Positions 1-11,229 of a stretch of 64,000 nt of DNA are shown one piece after another (position 1 is the first letter of the stretch; every line of letters begins with the position of its first letter). A program made the translations under genes and the position numbers. The DNA comes from Burkholderiaceae bacterium (GTDB lineage: Bacteria; Pseudomonadota; Gammaproteobacteria; Burkholderiales; Burkholderiaceae_D), in NCBI GenBank assembly GCA_018882935.1, contig VERA01000001.1, positions 7,505-71,504 of the forward strand, given 5' to 3'. Under the pieces are notes generated by a model. The model made no database searches. It saw only the letters and a list, made by a program, of their open reading frames with translations, and was not told the DNA's origin.

Positions 1-973
1 GCTCGTGCATCGAGGCCTCGCGGGTGTTCGGCACCAGCTTGACCCAATCATTATCGCTGGCGATGATGTCATTGACTTCATCCAGCGGCACATCTTTCTT
101 GAGCTTGATCGTCAGCGCCTGCGAGTGACAACGCATCGCACCGATACGAACACACAAGCCGTCAATCGCAATCGCACCCGGGGCACTTGCACCAAACGCC
201 GCACCACGACCGAGTATCTTGTTGGCCTCAGCGCCCGCCTTCCACTCTTCACGTGACTGACCGTTACCCAGATCTTTATCAATCCAGGGAATCAAATTAC
301 CACCCAGCGGCACACCAAAGTGCTGGGTCTCATCGGCGCCAAGGGCATGCTGCTTGGCCAGCACTTTGCGATCAATTTCAAGAATAGCCGAGGCCGGGTC
401 ATCGAGCAGTGCTTTAACCTCGGCGTTGATACTACCGAACTGTGTGAGTAGCTCGCGCATATGCTGCGCTCCACCACCGGATGCCGCTTGATAGGTCATG
501 GAAGTCATCCAGTCGACCAGATCATGCTTGAACAAACCACCGAGACCCATCAACATGCACGACACTGTGCAGTTACCGCCGATATAGTTTTTCACGCCTT
601 TGGAAAGGCCATCTTTGATCACGCCCAGATTAATCGGGTCGAGCACGATGATGGCGTCGTCTTTCATGCGCAGCGTAGAAGCAGCATCAATCCAATAGCC
701 GTTCCAACCGGCAGCGCGCAGCTTGGGGAAAATCTCGGTGGTGTAGTCGCCGCCTTGGCAGGTGAGGATGATGTCGCACTTCTTCAGTGCTTCGATATCG
801 TTCGCGTCTTTCAGCGCGGTCTCATTCTTTGCTAGCGCTGGCGCTTTACCGCCCGCATTCGATGTCGAGAAGAATACCGGCTCAATGTGCGCGAAATCAT
901 TTTCTTCCTGCATGCGCTGCATCAGCACCGAGCCCACCATACCGCGCCAACCGACCAAACCCACGAGTTTCAT
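1..973 (-). CDS. asd: Aspartate-semialdehyde dehydrogenase (3' end runs off the window; absent from the ORF track)
   Basis: Manual translation from ATG at 973 gives [27 protein letters not shown], the typical proteobacterial Asd N-terminus; lies downstream of leuB. Confidence 0.95.
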   Translation of the reverse strand, partial: MKLVGLVGWRGMVGSVLMQRMQEENDFAHIEPVFFSTSNAGGKAPALAKNETALKDANDIEALKKCDIILTCQGGDYTTEIFPKLRAAGWNGYWIDAASTLRMKDDAIIVLDPINLGVIKDGLSKGVKNYIGGNCTVSCMLMGLGGLFKHDLVDWMTSMTYQAASGGGAQHMRELLTQFGSINAEVKALLDDPASAILEIDRKVLAKQHALGADETQHFGVPLGGNLIPWIDKDLGNGQSREEWKAGAEANKILGRGAAFGASAPGAIAIDGLCVRIGAMRCHSQALTIKLKKDVPLDEVNDIIASDNDWVKLVPNTREASMHE

Positions 974-1000
974 TGATGTTTCCTTATTCGCTTACATTTT

Positions 1001-1109
1001 CTGGATCCCGGCATACGCCGGGATGACGATTCGATGGCCAACAAAGTTTAAAAAGGCTCATTTAGCGCTGACCGTTAGTGGGGTCATTCCGGCGCAGGCC
1101 GGAATCCAG
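1001..1109. repeat. Inverted doublet of 27-bp REP-like palindromes (CGTC-tagged type) between leuB and asd
   Basis: 1001-1027 CTGGATCCCGGCATACGCCGGGATGAC and 1083-1109 GTCATTCCGGCGCAGGCCGGAATCCAG; each is an 8-bp stem with a 4-nt loop; homologous pair at 6705-6842. Confidence 0.85.
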
Positions 1110-1121
1110 ACCAATCCGCAT

Positions 1122-2192
1122 TTATGCCAATGCCTTCACCACCGCATCGCCCATCTCGGCGGTACCGACTTTAGTGGTGCCCGCTTCGTAGATATCGGGC
1201 GTGCGTAATCCTTGCGCCAGTACTTTCTTCACGGCGCTCTCGATACGGTCCGCCTCTGCCGGCAAATTTAGCGAGAAACGCAGCATCATCGCAGCCGACA
1301 AAATCGTTGCCAGTGGGTTGGCGATCCCCTTCCCTGCAATATCCGGTGCCGAGCCATGCGAGGGTTCGTATAGACCTTTGTTGTTTGCGTCCAGCGATGC
1401 TGATGGCAGCATGCCTATCGAGCCGGTCAGCATCGCAGCGGCATCCGACAAGATATCGCCGAACATATTGCCAGTGACGATCACATCGAATTTTTTCGGC
1501 GCACGTACCAGCTGCATCGCGGCGTTATCAACATACATATGATCCAGCTCGACGTCGGGATACTCTTTATGTACGTCGGTCATGATGTCCTTCCAGAACT
1601 GGAAGGTTTCAAGCACATTTGCTTTGTCGACAGAGGTGAGCCGCTTGCTGCGCTTCTGCGCGGCCTGAAACGCGACATGCGCAATACGACGGATTTCAGG
1701 CTCCGAGTAACGCATGGTGTCGAAGCCTTCGCGCGCGCCCTTGAACGGGCCGTCTGGCGCCTCACGTACACCACGCGGCTGGCCGAAGTAAATATCGCCG
1801 TTCAACTCACGCACAATCAAAATATCAAGACCAGAAACAATCTCCGGCTTAAGTGAAGAGGCGCCCACTAATTCCGGATACAAAATCGCAGGACGAAAAT
1901 TCGCAAATAGCGTGAGGTGTTTGCGCAGACCTAAAATCGCCTGCTCGGGGCGCAGCGGCCGGTCTAGCGTGTCGTACTTCCAGTCACCCACCGCACCAAA
2001 TAAAATCGCATCGGCTTCTTTCGCCAGCTTCAGCGTGCCTTCCGGTAGCGGGTGTCCGTGCGCCTCATAGCCTGCACCACCGACTGGCGCGCTTTCCATC
2101 TCGAATTTTTGGTCGAGCGCGTTGAGGACTTTCAAGGCCTGATCGACGATCTCGGTACCGATGCCGTCACCCGGCAGAATGGCGATTTTCAT
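1122..2192 (-). CDS. leuB: 3-isopropylmalate dehydrogenase
   Basis: [12 protein letters not shown] start, NMFGDILSD and [18 protein letters not shown] motifs; leu operon context. Confidence 0.98.
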   Translation of the reverse strand: MKIAILPGDGIGTEIVDQALKVLNALDQKFEMESAPVGGAGYEAHGHPLPEGTLKLAKEADAILFGAVGDWKYDTLDRPLRPEQAILGLRKHLTLFANFRPAILYPELVGASSLKPEIVSGLDILIVRELNGDIYFGQPRGVREAPDGPFKGAREGFDTMRYSEPEIRRIAHVAFQAAQKRSKRLTSVDKANVLETFQFWKDIMTDVHKEYPDVELDHMYVDNAAMQLVRAPKKFDVIVTGNMFGDILSDAAAMLTGSIGMLPSASLDANNKGLYEPSHGSAPDIAGKGIANPLATILSAAMMLRFSLNLPAEADRIESAVKKVLAQGLRTPDIYEAGTTKVGTAEMGDAVVKALA

Positions 2193-2207
2193 GGGATGTA
2201 AAAAATA

Positions 2208-2858
2208 TTAGGTAATCGTGTTGGTCAGCCACGGAAAAGTCGCCAAGTGGCGCTCTTCGTAGCCGCGAATTTTGTCTGCATGCTGCAGGGTGAGCCCGAT
2301 ATCATCCAGGCCATTGATCAGGCAATGCTTGCGGAAGGCATCAATGTCAAAGTGATGTACCGCATCGCCATTGACTGTACTGACGGTTTGCGCAGGCAAA
2401 TCAATCCGCAACTGATAACCCGGGAAAGCTTTTACCTGGTTGAATAACTGATCTACCACTTGCTCCGATAGCACGATCGGCAGCAAGCCGTTTTTGTAGC
2501 AATTATTAAAAAAGATGTCAGCGAAGCTAGGCGCAATAATCGCCCGAAAACCATACTGCTCCAGCGCCCACGGCGCATGCTCACGCGAAGAACCGCAGCC
2601 GAAATTTTTACGGGTCAGAAGAACGGATGCGCCCTGATAGCGCGGCTGGTTGAGCACGAAGTCTGGGTTCAGCGGTCGCTTGCTGTTATCAACACCGGGC
2701 TGACCCACATCGAGATAGCGCCACTCATCGAAAAGATTCGGGCCAAAACCGGTACGCTTGATTGATTTCAGAAACTGCTTGGGAATAATCGCATCAGTAT
2801 CGACGTTAGCACGATCGAGCGGTGCGACGAGTCCTTCAAGTACGGTAAATGGCGTCAT
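2208..2858 (-). CDS. leuD: 3-isopropylmalate dehydratase small subunit
   Basis: [23 protein letters not shown] and [15 protein letters not shown] motifs; start reassigned to the ATG at 2858 (MTPFTV). Confidence 0.97.
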   Translation of the reverse strand: MTPFTVLEGLVAPLDRANVDTDAIIPKQFLKSIKRTGFGPNLFDEWRYLDVGQPGVDNSKRPLNPDFVLNQPRYQGASVLLTRKNFGCGSSREHAPWALEQYGFRAIIAPSFADIFFNNCYKNGLLPIVLSEQVVDQLFNQVKAFPGYQLRIDLPAQTVSTVNGDAVHHFDIDAFRKHCLINGLDDIGLTLQHADKIRGYEERHLATFPWLTNTIT

Positions 2859-2883
2859 GATGTTTGAATAGATTGAGAACGAC

Positions 2884-3006
2884 TTATTTTTTACTGGCGC
2901 CCTGGACTTTTTCGCCAAGCTTCTCGACATCTTTGCCAAGGCCGTTGATCGTATTGCAGCCAGCGAGTAAAGCAATCGCCATTATCAGCACTACCAATTT
3001 TTTCAT
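2884..3006 (-). CDS. Entericidin A/B family small lipoprotein (40 aa; below the ORF-track cutoff)
   Basis: Manual translation [40 protein letters not shown]; LAGC lipobox and entericidin-like CNTxxGxGKD motif; between leuC and leuD. Confidence 0.9.
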   Translation of the reverse strand: MKKLVVLIMAIALLAGCNTINGLGKDVEKLGEKVQGASKK

Positions 3007-3054
3007 GGTGCGTTTCTCCGGGATCAAAGATATCCACCCAAGTGCTCACGCTAA

Positions 3055-4455
3055 TTACAGCGCGCGCACATCCACAAAATGACCAGCGACGCCAGCGGCG
3101 GCGGCCATCGCCGGGCTAACCAAATGGGTACGGCCACCGGCACCCTGCCGGCCTTCGAAATTACGGTTCGAGGTAGACGCGCAACGCTCACCCGGCTCTA
3201 GCCGATCAGCGTTCATCGCCAAACACATTGAGCAACCAGGCTCGCGCCACTCGAAGCCTGCTTCTTTAAAAATCTTGTCCAGCCCTTCACGCTCCGCCTG
3301 CTCTTTCACCAAACCCGAGCCCGGAACCACCATGGCTAACTTCACATTGGAAGCGCGAAATTTTCCACGAACGACTGAGGCCGCTGCGCGCAAGTCTTCG
3401 ATACGAGAGTTGGTGCAAGAGCCGATGAATACCTTATCGATGCGAATGTCAGTGATGGCAGTATTCGGCTTGAGGTTCATGTAAACCAACGCCTTTTCCA
3501 TCGCATCGCGCTTGACTGGATCTTTCTCTTTGTCGGGATCAGGCACACGAGCATCTACCGGCACCACCATCTCGGGCGAGGTACCCCAAGTTACTTGTGG
3601 AATGATGTCAGCAGCGTCGATGAGCACCACAGCATCAAACTTGGCATCTGCATCGGAATGCAGCGTGCGCCAGTACGCAACGGCCTGGTCCCAGTGCGGG
3701 CCCACGGGTGAATAAGGACGCCCTTTAACGTAGTTGATGGTGGTGTCATCCACCGCTACCATGCCTGCCCGCGCGCCGGCTTCGATTGCCATATTGCAGA
3801 CAGTCATGCGGCCTTCCATCGACAGCGCGCGAATCGCCGAGCCGGCAAACTCGATGGCATAACCAGTGCCGCCGGCAGTACCAATTTTGCCAATCACCGC
3901 CAGCACAATATCTTTAGCGGTGACACCGGCGCCAAGTTTGCCTTCCACTTGCACCAGCATGGCTTTTGATTTTTTGGCGAGCAGTGTCTGCGTTGCCAGC
4001 ACATGCTCGACTTCCGAGGTACCGATCCCATGCGCCAGCGCACCGAAGGCACCATGGGTCGAGGTATGCGAGTCACCGCACACCACTGTCATGCCGGGCA
4101 GGGTCGCGCCCTGTTCAGGCCCGATCACGTGCACGATGCCTTGGCGTTTGTCCTGCATATTGAAGTACGTCAGACCGTGTACCCGGGCGTTTTCATCGAG
4201 GGTTTCAACCTGCAAACGCGAAATCGGATCTTCGATGCCACCGGCGCGATGGGTCGTCGGCACATTGTGATCGGCCACCACCAAATTCGCCGCATTACGC
4301 CAAGGCTTGCGGTTCGCGAGCTTCAGACCCTCGAATGCTTGCGGGCTGGTGACCTCGTGCAGCAAGTGCCGGTCGATGTAGAGAATAGTGGTGCCGTCGT
4401 CCGACGTGTGCACCACGTGGGACTCCCAGAGTTTGTCGTACAGGGTTTTGGCCAT
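3055..4455 (-). CDS. leuC: 3-isopropylmalate dehydratase large subunit
   Basis: [10 protein letters not shown] start, [20 protein letters not shown] and [10 protein letters not shown] Fe-S motifs. Confidence 0.98.
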   Translation of the reverse strand: MAKTLYDKLWESHVVHTSDDGTTILYIDRHLLHEVTSPQAFEGLKLANRKPWRNAANLVVADHNVPTTHRAGGIEDPISRLQVETLDENARVHGLTYFNMQDKRQGIVHVIGPEQGATLPGMTVVCGDSHTSTHGAFGALAHGIGTSEVEHVLATQTLLAKKSKAMLVQVEGKLGAGVTAKDIVLAVIGKIGTAGGTGYAIEFAGSAIRALSMEGRMTVCNMAIEAGARAGMVAVDDTTINYVKGRPYSPVGPHWDQAVAYWRTLHSDADAKFDAVVLIDAADIIPQVTWGTSPEMVVPVDARVPDPDKEKDPVKRDAMEKALVYMNLKPNTAITDIRIDKVFIGSCTNSRIEDLRAAASVVRGKFRASNVKLAMVVPGSGLVKEQAEREGLDKIFKEAGFEWREPGCSMCLAMNADRLEPGERCASTSNRNFEGRQGAGGRTHLVSPAMAAAAGVAGHFVDVRAL

Positions 4456-4683
4456 CGCAATATCGCGCGGAGCCGCGCGCTGAAACAAACAGAGAAGCCC
4501 GCGATTATGCCATAGCAGCCGCTCAGCTCAGCCCCGCCACAGGGGCGATACGGCTACTCGGCGCGCCCCGCGCTCAGAAGCAAAAGGGTTGAGCTGCTCG
4601 TAGGGCGTGAGGCCGTGGGCGGCTCAACCATGCACTTGGAGCACACCGAGGTGGACTGCCGAAGCAGGCCCTGGTGTTGTCGG

Positions 4684-5499
4684 CTAGCGCTTGGACTGCT
4701 GATACAGCGGCAAAACTTTTTCGCTGTAGGTGGCCAGATCTTCCATACGCTCGCCGCGCGGCGGGTGTGTTGACATGAACTTGGGCGGCTCTTTGCCACC
4801 GACCTCGCCCATTTTTTTCCACAGGCTGACCGCAGCGCGCGGGTCATACCCCGCACGCGCTGCCAGCTCGACGCCCATCCGATCAGCCTCAATTTCATGG
4901 GTGCGCGAGTTGGGCAGGCCAAGCAAGCCTTGGTAGGCATATTCCATACCTCGCTGCCCCAAAGACCCCACCCCAACTACCGCCGCTACAACGCTGATGC
5001 CGACGCTGGCCACTGCCTGCTGGGATGCGCGTTCGCGCGAGTGTTCACGCAACGCATGCGATACCTCGTGCCCCATCACTGCGGCCAACTCATCGTCGGT
5101 GAGGCGAAGTTTTTCAATCAGGCCGGTGTAGACCGCAATTTTCCCGCCCGGCATACACCATGCATTCACCTCGGGTGCGGTAATGACATTCACTTCCCAT
5201 TTCCAGTTCAGCGCATCTGGCCGAAACACGGTGGATTGAGTAATCAGTCGGTCGGCAATCGCTTTGACGCGCGCGAACTGCGTCGGATCAGCGTTTAACT
5301 TACCTTTTTTATCAGCCTCCGCCATGATCTGCGCATACTGCTTGTTTGCAGCCGAACTCATGGTGGCACTTGAAATCGCCATACGCTGCTCGCGGTTGAC
5401 CCCTACCGTGCCCGCTTGCGTCGTGTTTTCTGTCTTGCAGCCGGTCAGCAATAGACCGCTCAGGCATAGCGCGATCACACCGCACCATCGAATATTCAT
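4684..5499 (-). CDS. M48 family zinc metallopeptidase, probable lipoprotein
   Basis: NAWCMPGGKI, HEVSH (HExxH), EIEADRMG and FMSTHP motifs; LLTGC lipobox; ATG at 5499 overlaps the stop of the upstream MFS gene. Confidence 0.9.
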   Translation of the reverse strand: MNIRWCGVIALCLSGLLLTGCKTENTTQAGTVGVNREQRMAISSATMSSAANKQYAQIMAEADKKGKLNADPTQFARVKAIADRLITQSTVFRPDALNWKWEVNVITAPEVNAWCMPGGKIAVYTGLIEKLRLTDDELAAVMGHEVSHALREHSRERASQQAVASVGISVVAAVVGVGSLGQRGMEYAYQGLLGLPNSRTHEIEADRMGVELAARAGYDPRAAVSLWKKMGEVGGKEPPKFMSTHPPRGERMEDLATYSEKVLPLYQQSKR

Positions 5500-6686
5500 G
5501 CTTGACCCCTTCCATAAATCGATGCTGGCATTGGCCGCTGCCAGTAAAAACTCAACCATGCAGCGACCCAGCCTATGGCGCACAGACCCGATGCCAAGGT
5601 GTAGACCGATGCAGCGCCAAATTTATCCCAGCACGCAGACAACAGCAATCCACCCAAACTACCGCCCAAGCCGTAAGACACACTGATGTAGAGCGCCTGC
5701 CCGCGCGCCTGTAAAGGCCCGGCAAACCAGCGCTGCAGTACAGCCACCGAGGCTGAATGATGCACGCCGAAAGTCGCGGCGTGAAGTAACTGGGCAAATA
5801 ACAACAGCAGCAATGAGTCTGCAGCAAAGCCGATCAGTGCAAATCGTACAACGCCTACCGCCAAACTCAGCAGCATCAGCGCGCGCAAACTATAGCGACG
5901 AAAAATCGGTGCCTGCCAATAAAAGAAAAGAATCTCGGCAATCACACCGAGCGACCACATCATACCGATCACAGTCTTGCTGTAACCGATTTGCGCCAGG
6001 TACAAAGAGAAGTAAACATAGAGCGCAGCATGTGCAGCCACCATCAGGAAGGTGGAAGCAAAGAAGGCGAGTACTTCACGTTGTTTTAGCAGCGCCCTAA
6101 CCGAAGGCATAGCGTGGGGATGTACCTGCTGCACTTCTTCACGCATACCAGCGGCGGCCACTACCACAAGCAATAAAAGCAGCAGGGCAATGGTCGGCAT
6201 AAGCGTGATACCGAATACATCGAGTAACTGGCCCGATACCATCACGGCAAAGATAAATCCTACCGAGCCCCATAATCGTAAACGACCATAGTGCGTTAAA
6301 TCACCGTGCATCGCCGAGAGCATTTGCGCTTCGGACAGCGGACCTTGTGCGCTGGTGAATAAATTCAGCACGATCAGCAGCACAAAAAAATACGCAAAGG
6401 ATTCGCCCCAGAACATGCCGGTAAAGATAGCGGCCGCCGCTACCGAGGTCATGCGCAGTACCAAGACGCGTCGCCTTGTGTGATCGGCCACCCATCCCCA
6501 CAGATTAGGCCCAAAAATACGCATCACCTGCATCATCGACATCAATATGCCGATCTGCGTCGCGGAGATGTTCTTGTCTGCAAAGTACAAGCTGGCGTAG
6601 GGCGAGAACACCCCGACATAGCCGTAGTAGGCGAAGAAGAACAGCGCGAAATTGAACGACTGCGGGGGTTTGGATCCGGGGGTCAC
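5496..6686 (-). CDS. MFS transporter (MFS_1-like/HcaT-like)
   Basis: About 12 hydrophobic helices; WGWVAD and YGRLRLWGSVGF motifs. Confidence 0.85.
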   Translation of the reverse strand: MTPGSKPPQSFNFALFFFAYYGYVGVFSPYASLYFADKNISATQIGILMSMMQVMRIFGPNLWGWVADHTRRRVLVLRMTSVAAAAIFTGMFWGESFAYFFVLLIVLNLFTSAQGPLSEAQMLSAMHGDLTHYGRLRLWGSVGFIFAVMVSGQLLDVFGITLMPTIALLLLLLVVVAAAGMREEVQQVHPHAMPSVRALLKQREVLAFFASTFLMVAAHAALYVYFSLYLAQIGYSKTVIGMMWSLGVIAEILFFYWQAPIFRRYSLRALMLLSLAVGVVRFALIGFAADSLLLLLFAQLLHAATFGVHHSASVAVLQRWFAGPLQARGQALYISVSYGLGGSLGGLLLSACWDKFGAASVYTLASGLCAIGWVAAWLSFYWQRPMPASIYGRGQA

Positions 6687-6704
6687 TGAGTTTGTGGAAA
6701 TTAT

Positions 6705-6842
6705 CTGGACCCCGGCCTGCGCCGGGGTGACGATATTAAGTGCGTTGGGTTATTGCTGTTTAACCCGACCTAGGTCTGGGTGAAAAAATTGCGTCTACCT
6801 CTGCTTTACTGGTGGGTCATCCCGGCGCAGGCCGGGATCCGG
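6705..6842. repeat. Second inverted doublet of 27-bp REP-like palindromes between aroC and the MFS gene
   Basis: 6705-6731 CTGGACCCCGGCCTGCGCCGGGGTGAC and 6816-6842 GTCATCCCGGCGCAGGCCGGGATCCGG. Confidence 0.85.
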
Positions 6843-6854
6843 GACACTCACCGT

Positions 6855-7934
6855 TCAAGCACGATGGGCTCGAGTATCTCCACACTGCGCCCGATGCCGC
6901 AACGCGTGATCCATCAGTACCAACGCCAGCATGGCCTCGGCAATAGGAGTGGCGCGAATACCAACGCAGGGATCATGTCGGCCGAAAGTTTCAACTGTCA
7001 CCGGATTACCATCACGATCAATAGAGCGACGCGGCGTACGAATACTCGAGGTTGGTTTGATGGCGATGGATACCGTGATGTCCTGACCCGACGAAATACC
7101 GCCCAGCACACCACCGGCATTATTCGTCAGAAAACCCTCCGGCGTGATCTCATCACCATGCTCAGTACCCTTTTGCGCTACCGAGCGAAAACCTGCACCA
7201 ATCTCTACACCCTTGACTGCATTGATACCCATCATCGCGTAAGCGATATCTGCATCGAGCTTGTCAAACAACGGCTCGCCCAAACCAACTGGCACCTTGT
7301 GCGCAACCACATCAATACGCGCACCGCATGAATCGCCCGCTTTGCGGAGCTGATCCATGTAAGTCTCGAGTTGCGGCACGATCTCGGCGTTGGCGGCAAA
7401 GAAAGGATTGTGCTCGACATGCTCCCACGACTGAAACGGAATCGGCATCTCACCAAGCTGGCTCATGCAGCCATGAATCTCGGTGCCGTAATGATGCTTA
7501 AGCCATTTCTTGGCGACTGCTGCCGCACCCACCACTGGCGCGGTCAGACGCGCAGAAGATCGGCCACCACCGCGCGGATCGCGGATACCGTACTTATGGA
7601 AATAGGTGTAATCGGCGTGCCCGGGTCGAAAACGATCAACGATGTTGCCGTAGTCTTGACTGCGCTGATCCTGGTTACGAATCATGAGCGCAATCGGTGT
7701 ACCGGTAGTGAGCCCCTCGTATACGCCGGATAAAATTTCTACCGCATCAGGCTCGTTACGTTGCGTGACATGGCGCGAGGTACCCGGCCGACGACGATCA
7801 AGGTCGGGCTGTATGTCGGACGCATCCAGTGGCATGCCGGGCGGGCAGCCATCAATCACGCAACCGATCGCGGGGCCGTGAGATTCGCCGAATGTGGTGA
7901 CTGTAAACAGCGTGCCGAAAGTATTACCGGACAT
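6855..7934 (-). CDS. aroC: Chorismate synthase
   Basis: [22 protein letters not shown] and GRHDPCVG signatures. Confidence 0.98.
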   Translation of the reverse strand: MSGNTFGTLFTVTTFGESHGPAIGCVIDGCPPGMPLDASDIQPDLDRRRPGTSRHVTQRNEPDAVEILSGVYEGLTTGTPIALMIRNQDQRSQDYGNIVDRFRPGHADYTYFHKYGIRDPRGGGRSSARLTAPVVGAAAVAKKWLKHHYGTEIHGCMSQLGEMPIPFQSWEHVEHNPFFAANAEIVPQLETYMDQLRKAGDSCGARIDVVAHKVPVGLGEPLFDKLDADIAYAMMGINAVKGVEIGAGFRSVAQKGTEHGDEITPEGFLTNNAGGVLGGISSGQDITVSIAIKPTSSIRTPRRSIDRDGNPVTVETFGRHDPCVGIRATPIAEAMLALVLMDHALRHRAQCGDTRAHRA

Positions 7935-7965
7935 GGAGTCGCGCGCCGCAATTGAAATAAAGCCG

Positions 7966-9312
7966 TCATTCTACCAGCCGCTGTCGGCCGAAACGCTCGC
8001 TGAGCCAGCGACGCGCCTCGCGCAGATATTCTGGCTGCATCACACATAGCAACACCAAAAGCGCGAGGTTGGCCACGGCCGTGAACAGAAAAATTCCCGG
8101 CACTGAGACGCCGGCCGACAACAACACCATGGCGATCAATGCCGCCACCACCATGAACAGCGCATTCAGAATATTCATGCCGCCGATGGTGCGTGACAAA
8201 TGGCTAGGCTCGGAGCGTGTCTGTATTAGTGCAAACAGCGGCACCACATAAATGCCACCAAAGGCGCCCAGCAGAAAACAATCGAGTAGCACGCGAAACT
8301 GCTCGCCAAACAGCAATGAGGCTGCCGTTACCTGAGCCGGCATAGTTACCGTGCTGGCAAAATACAAATCAATACCAAACACACTGAGCCCAAGCGCACC
8401 GATCGGCACCAGCCCAAGGTGAATGCGCCGCCCTGACAAGCGCTCACACATTAACGAGCCTGCCCCGATACCAATAGAGAACGCCGTGAGTAATATCGCG
8501 AACACCTGCGGCACTCCATGCAAGATATCGCGTGCATACACCGGAAACTGCGCCAAGATCATCGCACCAAAAAACCAGAACCAGGAATTGGCCAGCATGG
8601 CAACAAATACATCACGATTAGCGGCTGAAAAACGCAAGTTGCGTACGCTCTCTACGAAGAGATTACGACTTATCAGCAGATCTGGCGCTGCAGGTGGCGA
8701 AGACGGCACCATCAGAGTAAGCAACAACCCAATGAAGGCAACACTAATCGTACCTACGACAATAATGGTTACTCCGGTCGCGCCAAGTGCCATCGCCGCC
8801 GCACCGATGAGCTGTCCGGTAAGAATACCGACGAAGGTACCCATCTGCACCAAGCCGTTACCACCGATCAGCTCTTGCTGAGAGAGATGCTGCGGAAGGT
8901 AAGAATGCTTGACCGGCCCAAAGATGGTGGAGTGCAAACCCATACCAACTACCGCCGCTACAAGCAACCACAGGTGATGCATTGCCCAGCCGAATGCGGC
9001 GATCACCATAATAGCGATCTCCATCAGCTTCACCGCGCGCATGAGAAATGCTTTATCGGTCTTGTCAGCGATCTGACCCGCAGTGGCTGATGCCAATACA
9101 AATGGCAAAATAAACAAGCCGGCGATCAGGTTATTCAATAAACCGACATTCAGGTCAGTCCAGGACGCAGCATCGAAAGTAATCGCAGTGACTAGCGCGG
9201 TCTTGAACAGATTGTCGTTGAAAGCCCCTAGAAATTGCGCGCCAAAAAAAGGCGCAAATCGGCGCTGTAGTAGTAGTGCGAATTGAGAGGGCTGTGCCGC
9301 AGGATGTGTCAC
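7966..9312 (-). CDS. MFS transporter, LplT/Aas-associated lysophospholipid-transporter-like
   Basis: [31 protein letters not shown] and [12 protein letters not shown] motifs; GTG start. Confidence 0.8.
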   Translation of the reverse strand: MTHPAAQPSQFALLLQRRFAPFFGAQFLGAFNDNLFKTALVTAITFDAASWTDLNVGLLNNLIAGLFILPFVLASATAGQIADKTDKAFLMRAVKLMEIAIMVIAAFGWAMHHLWLLVAAVVGMGLHSTIFGPVKHSYLPQHLSQQELIGGNGLVQMGTFVGILTGQLIGAAAMALGATGVTIIVVGTISVAFIGLLLTLMVPSSPPAAPDLLISRNLFVESVRNLRFSAANRDVFVAMLANSWFWFFGAMILAQFPVYARDILHGVPQVFAILLTAFSIGIGAGSLMCERLSGRRIHLGLVPIGALGLSVFGIDLYFASTVTMPAQVTAASLLFGEQFRVLLDCFLLGAFGGIYVVPLFALIQTRSEPSHLSRTIGGMNILNALFMVVAALIAMVLLSAGVSVPGIFLFTAVANLALLVLLCVMQPEYLREARRWLSERFGRQRLVE

Positions 9313-9758
9313 TCCTCAGTCTCCGCCGGCCAGTCTCGGATATACGCCTTGAGCAGCTTGTTCTCGAAGGACTGTGCATCAAGCACCGCCTTGGCAATAT
9401 CGTAAAACGACATCACGCCCAGCAGCTCACCACTGACGTCGACTACCGGTACGTAGCGCGAGTGGCGCTCCAGCATTCGGCGACGTATGTCGTTGAGATC
9501 AGTCTCAGGTGAAATCACATCGATATCAGTCGCCATATGCTGCCCAACGGTACCCTCACGAACACTACCGCTCTTAACATCAATCGCATTCATTACCTCG
9601 CGGAAGCTGAGCATTCCACACACATGGCTATCACGTAGCACAACCAGCGAACCGATATCATTCGCGGTCATGAGATGGATGGCATCTCGCAAAGAAGTTT
9701 CGGGAGTAGCGGTGAAAAGACCATCGCCCTTGACCTTCAGTATGTCTGCAACTTTCAT
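9309..9758 (-). CDS. CBS-domain pair protein
   Basis: Two CBS repeats (IGSLVV; RYVPVVD...GVMSFYD). Confidence 0.85.
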   Translation of the reverse strand: MKVADILKVKGDGLFTATPETSLRDAIHLMTANDIGSLVVLRDSHVCGMLSFREVMNAIDVKSGSVREGTVGQHMATDIDVISPETDLNDIRRRMLERHSRYVPVVDVSGELLGVMSFYDIAKAVLDAQSFENKLLKAYIRDWPAETEE

Positions 9759-9917
9759 GACATTACCCGTGAGTTTTGTTGACGACTACAGCGTGCCATG
9801 TGCAATGTAGCCGACTCATCCTGAAAAAGCCAGACCTGGTCAGGCCGCGTCCACTCTGTGAGCACGCACTGCGGCCTATAATGCTTCCCATAATTCGTTC
9901 TTCTGGAGACCGCCCGC

Positions 9918-11228
9918 ATGAGCGATCCACGTTACCCCGGCTTCGACACCCTCTCGCTCCACGCTGGCAGCGCACCCGATCCGGCGACAGGCGCGCGCGC
10001 TACGCCGATTTATCTGTCAACCTCGTTCGTGTTTCGTGATTCCGATCATGCTGCCTCGCTATTCAATATGGAGCGCTCGGGTCATGTTTACTCGCGCATA
10101 TCGAACCCGACCAATGCGGTGCTGGAGGAGCGTATCGCAGCACTCGAAGGCGGTGTCGCCGGACTAGCGGTCGCCAGCGGTCAGGCGGCCTTACATTTGG
10201 GTTTAGCGACGATTGCCGGTGCGGGTTCGCATGTACTGGCGTCGCGTGCGCTATACGGAGGCTCGCAAAACCTGCTTGGTTACACCATGCGGCGGTTTGG
10301 GATAGAGACGACCTTTATTGATCCGCGCGATCTGGATGCCTGGCGCAATAACATTCGTCCGAATACCAAGGTTTTGTTTGCAGAGACACTCGGCAATCCC
10401 GGTCTGGACGTACTCGATATTGATAGCGTTGCGGCTATAGCGCATGAGCATCATCTACCCTTGATGGTGGATTCCACCTTCACCACGCCGTATTTATTGA
10501 AGCCCCTCGACCACGGCGCTGATCTGATCTTCCACTCAGCTACCAAGTTTTTATGTGGGCATGGCACAGCAGTGGGTGGATTGTTAATTGATGGTGGCAC
10601 CTTTGATTGGCAGCGTGCCTACGAAGCCACCGGACGCTTCGCTGAATTATGCGAACCGTATGAGGGCTTTCATGGCATGGTGTTTTCGGAAGAATCGACG
10701 GTCGCCGCGTTCGCCTTGCGTGCGCGACGCGAAGGTCTGCGCGACTTTGGCGCAGTGATGAGCCCACACAATGCATTCACAATTTTGCAGGGCATCGAGA
10801 CGCTCTCGCTGCGCATGGAGAAGCATGTCGCCAATGCGCGTAAGGTGGTCGAGTTCCTGGTATCCCACCCGGCGATTGAATCCGTTGCTTATCCAGAGCT
10901 ACCTGATCACCCTGATCACGCGCTTGCCGCACGATTGCTGCCGCGTGGTTGTGGTGCTGTGTTTTCATTCGCACTCAAAAGTAACCGCGCCGCAGGCCAA
11001 CGCTTTGTCGAGTCGCTGCAGGTGTTCTCGCATCTCGCTAACGTAGGTGATGCAAAATCATTAGTGATTCATCCCGCCTCAACCACCCATTTCCGGGTAC
11101 CGACTGAGCAGCTGGCTGCTTCTGGTATCACTGAGGGCACCATGCGGCTATCCGTTGGGCTTGAGGATGCTGACGATCTGATCGATGACCTGAAACGCGG
11201 CCTGAAGGCTGCGCAGAAGGGAGCCTGA
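9918..11228 (+). CDS. metY: O-acetylhomoserine aminocarboxypropyltransferase (PLP enzyme, MetY/CysD family)
   Basis: YSRISNPT, HSATKFLCGHG (PLP lysine), HLANVGDAKSLVIHPASTTH. Confidence 0.85.
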   Translation: MSDPRYPGFDTLSLHAGSAPDPATGARATPIYLSTSFVFRDSDHAASLFNMERSGHVYSRISNPTNAVLEERIAALEGGVAGLAVASGQAALHLGLATIAGAGSHVLASRALYGGSQNLLGYTMRRFGIETTFIDPRDLDAWRNNIRPNTKVLFAETLGNPGLDVLDIDSVAAIAHEHHLPLMVDSTFTTPYLLKPLDHGADLIFHSATKFLCGHGTAVGGLLIDGGTFDWQRAYEATGRFAELCEPYEGFHGMVFSEESTVAAFALRARREGLRDFGAVMSPHNAFTILQGIETLSLRMEKHVANARKVVEFLVSHPAIESVAYPELPDHPDHALAARLLPRGCGAVFSFALKSNRAAGQRFVESLQVFSHLANVGDAKSLVIHPASTTHFRVPTEQLAASGITEGTMRLSVGLEDADDLIDDLKRGLKAAQKGA

Positions 11229-11229
11229 G

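Noticed and set aside
4456-4560. Leucine-rich leader peptide or attenuator for leuC
   Set aside because: No Leu-codon-rich short ORF or terminator/antiterminator pair is visible
9780-9917. Possible SAM-II or SAH riboswitch upstream of metY (AATGTAGC fragment)
   Set aside because: The remaining conserved elements and pairings are absent
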